DNA of 30,307 bases from the IMG/VR virus record IMGVR_UViG_638341084_000020, one strand, 5' to 3'. Below are positions 26,480-30,307 of this stretch, piece after piece. A model generated the notes under the pieces. That model searched no databases and was not told the DNA's origin. It saw only the letters and a list, made by a program, of their open reading frames with translations. Position 1 is the stretch's first letter; each line of letters begins with the position of its first letter. This DNA comes from a virus (lineage: Duplodnaviria; Heunggongvirae; Uroviricota; Caudoviricetes). The position numbers were made by a program, and so were the translations under genes.

Positions 26480-27067
26480 AACCCCACCTCGCAGACAAAG
26501 CGGGTGTAAATTGAGGGAATACAACGTATCGCAAAAAAGCAGAAACGTAACTGACTCCGAGTCAGTGAATAACTCAGGTATTGAGTTATCAGCTAATATC
26601 GAGACTCAAAAAATGGAAAAACCAGCTCGACGGCGGGTTTAAGCTGTGTGACGAAGTAACCACTCTTAACAGCATAACCAATTTTTTACGTACGTAAACC
26701 ACTGAATGATATTTATGAGAATGCTACCGAGTGTTCAAAACATCACAACAAATACATAAGAAAACCTCAACAAATAACCAATAAATAATTTCCAGTGTTA
26801 TTTTTAGCCGGTTTAAATTAAACAGACGAATTATAGAACCACCATAAATAACAGCCATTAATATAAATTAGCTAATAGATTTATTTTTGTTCAAATAAGA
26901 GCCATAAATAGGTTTCGATAGAAAAAGTTCAGATAAAAATAGAGATCTACTTCACAAATTAAATGAGAAACTAAAACTTACATCTTGAAATAATCACATT
27001 GATTAGATGAATATTTATCGCGCAGTGACATCATTTTTTAATAATAGTTCAAAAAAAAGGGCTCACG

Positions 27068-28165
27068 ATGAAAAAATTAACAGTGGCAATTTCTGCTGTA
27101 GCTGCATCAGTACTGATGGCGATGTCTGCTCAGGCAGCTGAAATTTATAATAAAGACAGTAACAAGCTGGATCTGTACGGGAAAGTTAATGCCAAGCACT
27201 ACTTTTCCTCTAACGATGCAGATGATGGTGATACTACTTATGTTCGTCTGGGCTTCAAAGGCGAAACCCAAATCAACGATCAGCTGACTGGTTTCGGTCA
27301 GTGGGAATATGAATTCAAAGGCAACCGCGCTGAATCTCAAGGTTCCTCCAAAGACAAAACCCGTCTTGCATTTGCAGGCCTGAAATTCGGTGACTACGGC
27401 TCAATCGATTACGGCCGTAACTACGGTGTAGCATACGACATCGGTGCGTGGACTGACGTTCTGCCAGAATTCGGTGGCGATACCTGGACCCAAACAGATG
27501 TGTTCATGACTGGTCGCACCACTGGTGTTGCAACCTATCGTAACAACGACTTCTTTGGTCTGGTTGATGGTCTGAACTTTGCTGCTCAGTACCAAGGCAA
27601 AAACGATCGTAGCGATTTCGATAACTACACCGAAGGTAACGGTGATGGCTTCGGTTTCTCTGCTACCTATGAATACGAAGGATTCGGTATCGGTGCAACT
27701 TATGCGAAATCTGATCGTACCGACACTCAAGTTAATGCAGGGAAAGTTCTTCCTGAAGTATTTGCTTCCGGTAAAAATGCAGAAGTTTGGGCCGCAGGTC
27801 TGAAATATGACGCTAACAACATTTACCTGGCCACTACCTATTCTGAAACCCAGAATATGACTGTATTTGCTGATCACTTCGTTGCTAATAAAGCTCAAAA
27901 CTTCGAAGCTGTTGCACAATATCAGTTCGATTTCGGTCTGCGTCCGTCCGTTGCTTACCTGCAATCTAAAGGTAAGGATCTTGGAGTATGGGGCGATCAG
28001 GACTTAGTCAAATATGTTGATGTAGGTGCAACCTATTACTTCAACAAAAATATGTCTACTTTCGTTGATTACAAAATCAACCTGCTTGACAAAAATGACT
28101 TCACTAAAGCACTCGGTGTAAGCACTGATGACATCGTTGCTGTAGGTCTGGTTTACCAGTTCTAA
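27068..28165 (+). CDS. nmpC: Prophage-encoded general porin (OmpC/OmpF/PhoE superfamily; NmpC/Lc type), 365 aa, intact
   Basis: Signal peptide [23 protein letters not shown], then [24 protein letters not shown]...; C-terminal ...VAVGLVYQF (terminal Phe) typical of 16-strand porins; AAGGG ribosome-binding site; sits between Q and S on the opposite strand, as nmpC does in DLP12 and lc in PA-2. Gene symbol is by analogy and not certain. Confidence 0.85.
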   Translation: MKKLTVAISAVAASVLMAMSAQAAEIYNKDSNKLDLYGKVNAKHYFSSNDADDGDTTYVRLGFKGETQINDQLTGFGQWEYEFKGNRAESQGSSKDKTRLAFAGLKFGDYGSIDYGRNYGVAYDIGAWTDVLPEFGGDTWTQTDVFMTGRTTGVATYRNNDFFGLVDGLNFAAQYQGKNDRSDFDNYTEGNGDGFGFSATYEYEGFGIGATYAKSDRTDTQVNAGKVLPEVFASGKNAEVWAAGLKYDANNIYLATTYSETQNMTVFADHFVANKAQNFEAVAQYQFDFGLRPSVAYLQSKGKDLGVWGDQDLVKYVDVGATYYFNKNMSTFVDYKINLLDKNDFTKALGVSTDDIVAVGLVYQF

Positions 28166-28172
28166 TCTGATT

Positions 28173-28215
28173 ACGAAAAAGATATGTTGCGGGAGGCGTT
28201 GCCTCCCCAACATAT
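28173..28215 (-). terminator. Candidate intrinsic terminator downstream of Q (possible tR'-like late terminator)
   Basis: About 15-bp imperfect stem (ATATGTTGGGGAGGC ... GCCTCCCGCAACATAT) followed on the minus strand by CTTTTTCG; lies in the Q-to-porin gap. Confidence 0.4.
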
Positions 28216-28294
28216 AAGTGACTCCCTCAAGCCACTTCCTTTAGGAGCACAACCTTGCTTCTAACTATATAAACCTTCTGTTATATATTACCCT

Positions 28295-28330
28295 TTATTT
28301 TTGGGGGCGTTGCAACGCCCCATTTTTAAT
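28295..28330 (+). terminator. Candidate intrinsic terminator for the porin transcript
   Basis: Palindrome GGGGCG-TTGCAA-CGCCCC followed on the plus strand by ATTTTTAAT; about 135 nt after the porin stop. Confidence 0.4.
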
Positions 28331-28354
28331 AACTTTCAGTAAACAATTGGCATA

Positions 28355-28738
28355 TTAATTAGAGTTATTAACAACGATATCCATCTCTAATCGGATATCT
28401 AATGCCATTAACATCCCTTCAATTATGCCCTCAGCCTTCTGTAACCTTTTCCCGATATAACCATCAGAGCAGCAATGCTTACCTGCCAGTGACATGAATG
28501 TCATACCGACTACATAATAATCTACTAATAAATCGTGCAAATCGCTGTTGTTCTTTTTCAGACGGGCCATGCACCCGCAAATAATCATCGCGTCATCGTC
28601 ACAACATTGCGGGCGAGATTTTACTTTTGAAGGAATTAATCCCTTAAAACCGGCGGCAATGGACGACCAGGTCACATCTTCATGATTATTAGCCACCCAC
28701 GCTCCCCAACGTTCAAGAACCATCTGAATATCACGCAT
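28355..28738 (-). CDS. Q: Late-gene antitermination protein Q (phage-82 / DLP12 QuuD type), 127 aa
   Basis: [62 protein letters not shown]... matches the 127-aa DLP12 QuuD as recalled; Cys-rich zinc-binding region. Track ORF starts 5 codons upstream (28753). Confidence 0.85.
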   Translation of the reverse strand: MRDIQMVLERWGAWVANNHEDVTWSSIAAGFKGLIPSKVKSRPQCCDDDAMIICGCMARLKKNNSDLHDLLVDYYVVGMTFMSLAGKHCCSDGYIGKRLQKAEGIIEGMLMALDIRLEMDIVVNNSN

Positions 28739-28755
28739 TAACTTTCTCCACAAAA

Positions 28756-29751
28756 TCAGGCCAGCACACCAATCGCCAGTGCGCGATCGATAAAACGAAA
28801 TATCAGCTCCAGCTGGGAGCCATACTTCTCTTCAAATGCCACGGTATCCGCATGCAGTTCGTCGTGGTGTTTTCTGCACAAAGGCAGCACAAAAAGGTCA
28901 TGCGCTTTTGTACCCATTCCACCCTGACCATGGCCTATCAGATGATGCGGATCATCAGCTGGCTTTCCACAACATGCACACGGCTGTGTCTTAACCCTGC
29001 GCGTGTACTTTTCATTAACCCAGCGGCGACGTTTTGGGCGTAACATAAAAGACTCCGGCGACTCCGGATCCACTTTCAGCGCCAGCACCTTTTTCGCCTT
29101 ATCCTGGATGATGCTGGTGGCAGGAACCGAAGGCACAAGGTCACTTTCCCGGGTAACAGACGGCACAACAGGCTTCGGTAATCTCAGTGCCTTACGGGCT
29201 GCACTTTCCGGTAAGGCATCCGCCAGATCATTACGAATCAGCCACCAGCACAGTTCCGGCATTGTCACAACGTGACTGTCATCAAAACCGAGATCCCGAC
29301 GCACAACAGACAACACCCAGCGGGCACAGTTATCCGTTGCCATTGATTCCAGCCGTTCCGTGAACTGATCGCGCAGCTGGTTATCGCAGTGCCAGCACAG
29401 ACGGATTGCACCCGGAGCGTGTCGCATTGTGGTCATGTTCTCGCTGTGCCAGTCGGAATGAGGCCACTGGCAGCCTTTTTCACGAAGTAACCAGCTTTCA
29501 AGACATTCCACGCCACCAGCACGACGGATCACTGCCTCATTGCGGAACACGGCCCGAACGGCAGGATCATCCGCCAGCGGTTGTGATGCCGCCGGAACGG
29601 CACCACTGGCGAAAGATGAATAACGCTCCGGCTCAGGCTCCAGCAGGACACGCCCCTGCATAAACAGGGGCATCAGCTCTGAACCTGGCCTGAACAATAC
29701 GATCCCCATACGCGGGGCAATTTCAGGGGTCAGTAGTGCTCTCACGGTCAC
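28756..29751 (-). CDS. Cys/His-rich prophage protein, 331 aa (probably DUF968 / YdfU-like)
   Basis: Sits immediately upstream of Q as ydfU does upstream of quuQ in Qin; C-terminal [43 protein letters not shown] and an internal CWHCDNQ suggest metal-binding, possibly HNH-like; family assignment is from memory only. Confidence 0.55.
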   Translation of the reverse strand: MTVRALLTPEIAPRMGIVLFRPGSELMPLFMQGRVLLEPEPERYSSFASGAVPAASQPLADDPAVRAVFRNEAVIRRAGGVECLESWLLREKGCQWPHSDWHSENMTTMRHAPGAIRLCWHCDNQLRDQFTERLESMATDNCARWVLSVVRRDLGFDDSHVVTMPELCWWLIRNDLADALPESAARKALRLPKPVVPSVTRESDLVPSVPATSIIQDKAKKVLALKVDPESPESFMLRPKRRRWVNEKYTRRVKTQPCACCGKPADDPHHLIGHGQGGMGTKAHDLFVLPLCRKHHDELHADTVAFEEKYGSQLELIFRFIDRALAIGVLA

Positions 29752-29752
29752 C

Positions 29753-30307
29753 TCAATGAACGGTATCGAGCAGCTTTAACAGCTCAGGGAATCGGGATTC
29801 GAAGAAATGCGGCTGTGTCTCGCGCGGATTTGCGGGACTGGTGATGTTCTTGCCGAACATGCAACCTTTCGCTGTCAGCGACCAGAATTTTTTGATGTTG
29901 TTAATCGCTGTACGGCTGTATCGTTCGCGCTGCTCGACGATCCCCAGTTTCACCATCTAGTGATATGCCTGATTAGCCGTCAGGCGTATACCATACTGTT
30001 TCAGCAGTGCACTCAGTGACAGTGTCGGGCGACTTGAGCCATCGTGTGCATCAGCAGGAGCATCAATGGCATAGCGCGGTGCCAGATTCGGTAAGCCAAC
30101 AGCCTCCTGGAGTTTCTGACAGGCACCAAGCACTGAAGAGTTAGACAGGTTTAACTCCCGGCGCATAAAGTCCAGCAGGATCACGCCAGCCTGCATCTTG
30201 TCAGCAGCCTGTCCGGATAATTTTTCCGGTGCGCTGGTTACCATATCGAAAGTACGGATCACCTTCAGATGGAATGACGGGCTGATCCACATTGCATAGG
30301 CATACAC
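29753..30307 (-). pseudogene. Putative antirepressor-type regulatory protein (KilAC/Ant-like C-terminal region), 5' end outside the window, interrupted by a single in-frame TAG at 29957..29959
   Basis: ORFs 29957..30307 and 29753..29956 are in the same frame and separated only by one TAG; the downstream ORF begins at the ATG directly after the stop with no convincing ribosome-binding site; ...LLKQYGIRLTANQAYH * MVKLGIVEQRERYSRTAINNIKKFWSLTAKG reads like one continuous domain. Confidence 0.4.

Noticed and set aside
26525-27067. AT-rich 540-bp gap between S and the porin, scanned for tRNA genes or a small ORF
   Set aside because: No ORF of 60 aa or more and no tRNA-like T-arm or acceptor pattern seen by eye; most simply a promoter and leader region, but a tRNA scan was not run.
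27401-27964. 187-aa minus-strand ORF antisense to the porin gene
   Set aside because: Fully contained in the porin coding region on the opposite strand; composition not protein-like. Late transcripts may cross here, but there is no evidence of translation.

Overview
This window is about 30 kb of the late region of a lambdoid prophage, with all late genes on the minus strand (lambda map order runs from high to low coordinates). Identifications rest on my recognition of the translated ORFs as lambda, phage 21/82 and DLP12-type proteins; no database search was run. Reading from high to low coordinates: a partial antirepressor-like gene split by an in-frame TAG, a Cys/His-rich DUF968-like gene, a phage-82/DLP12-type Q antiterminator, an intact prophage porin gene on the opposite strand, a phage-21-type lysis cassette (pinholin S, SAR endolysin R, nested Rz/Rz1), bor, three small genes of unknown function (ybcV-, ybcW- and ylcI-like), an intact cos site (cosQ, cosN, cosB), then the complete lambda-type head module (Nu1, A, W, B, C/Nu3, D, E, FI, FII) and tail module (Z, U, V, G/G-T, H, M, L, K, I, J), lom, a 972-aa side tail fibre gene and a frameshifted tail-fibre assembly gene. 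The element is a mosaic: near-lambda morphogenesis joined to a DLP12/PA-2/21-type Q-porin-lysis module. I found no novel multi-gene system. The most notable individual observations are a perfect in-frame 36-bp tandem duplication in major capsid gene E, the frameshifted tfa, the amber-interrupted antirepressor, a tail fibre with internal tandem repeats, and a ribbon-helix-helix-like small gene beside cos. Coordinates derived from the ORF track are exact; motif coordinates read by eye may be off by 1-3 nt.
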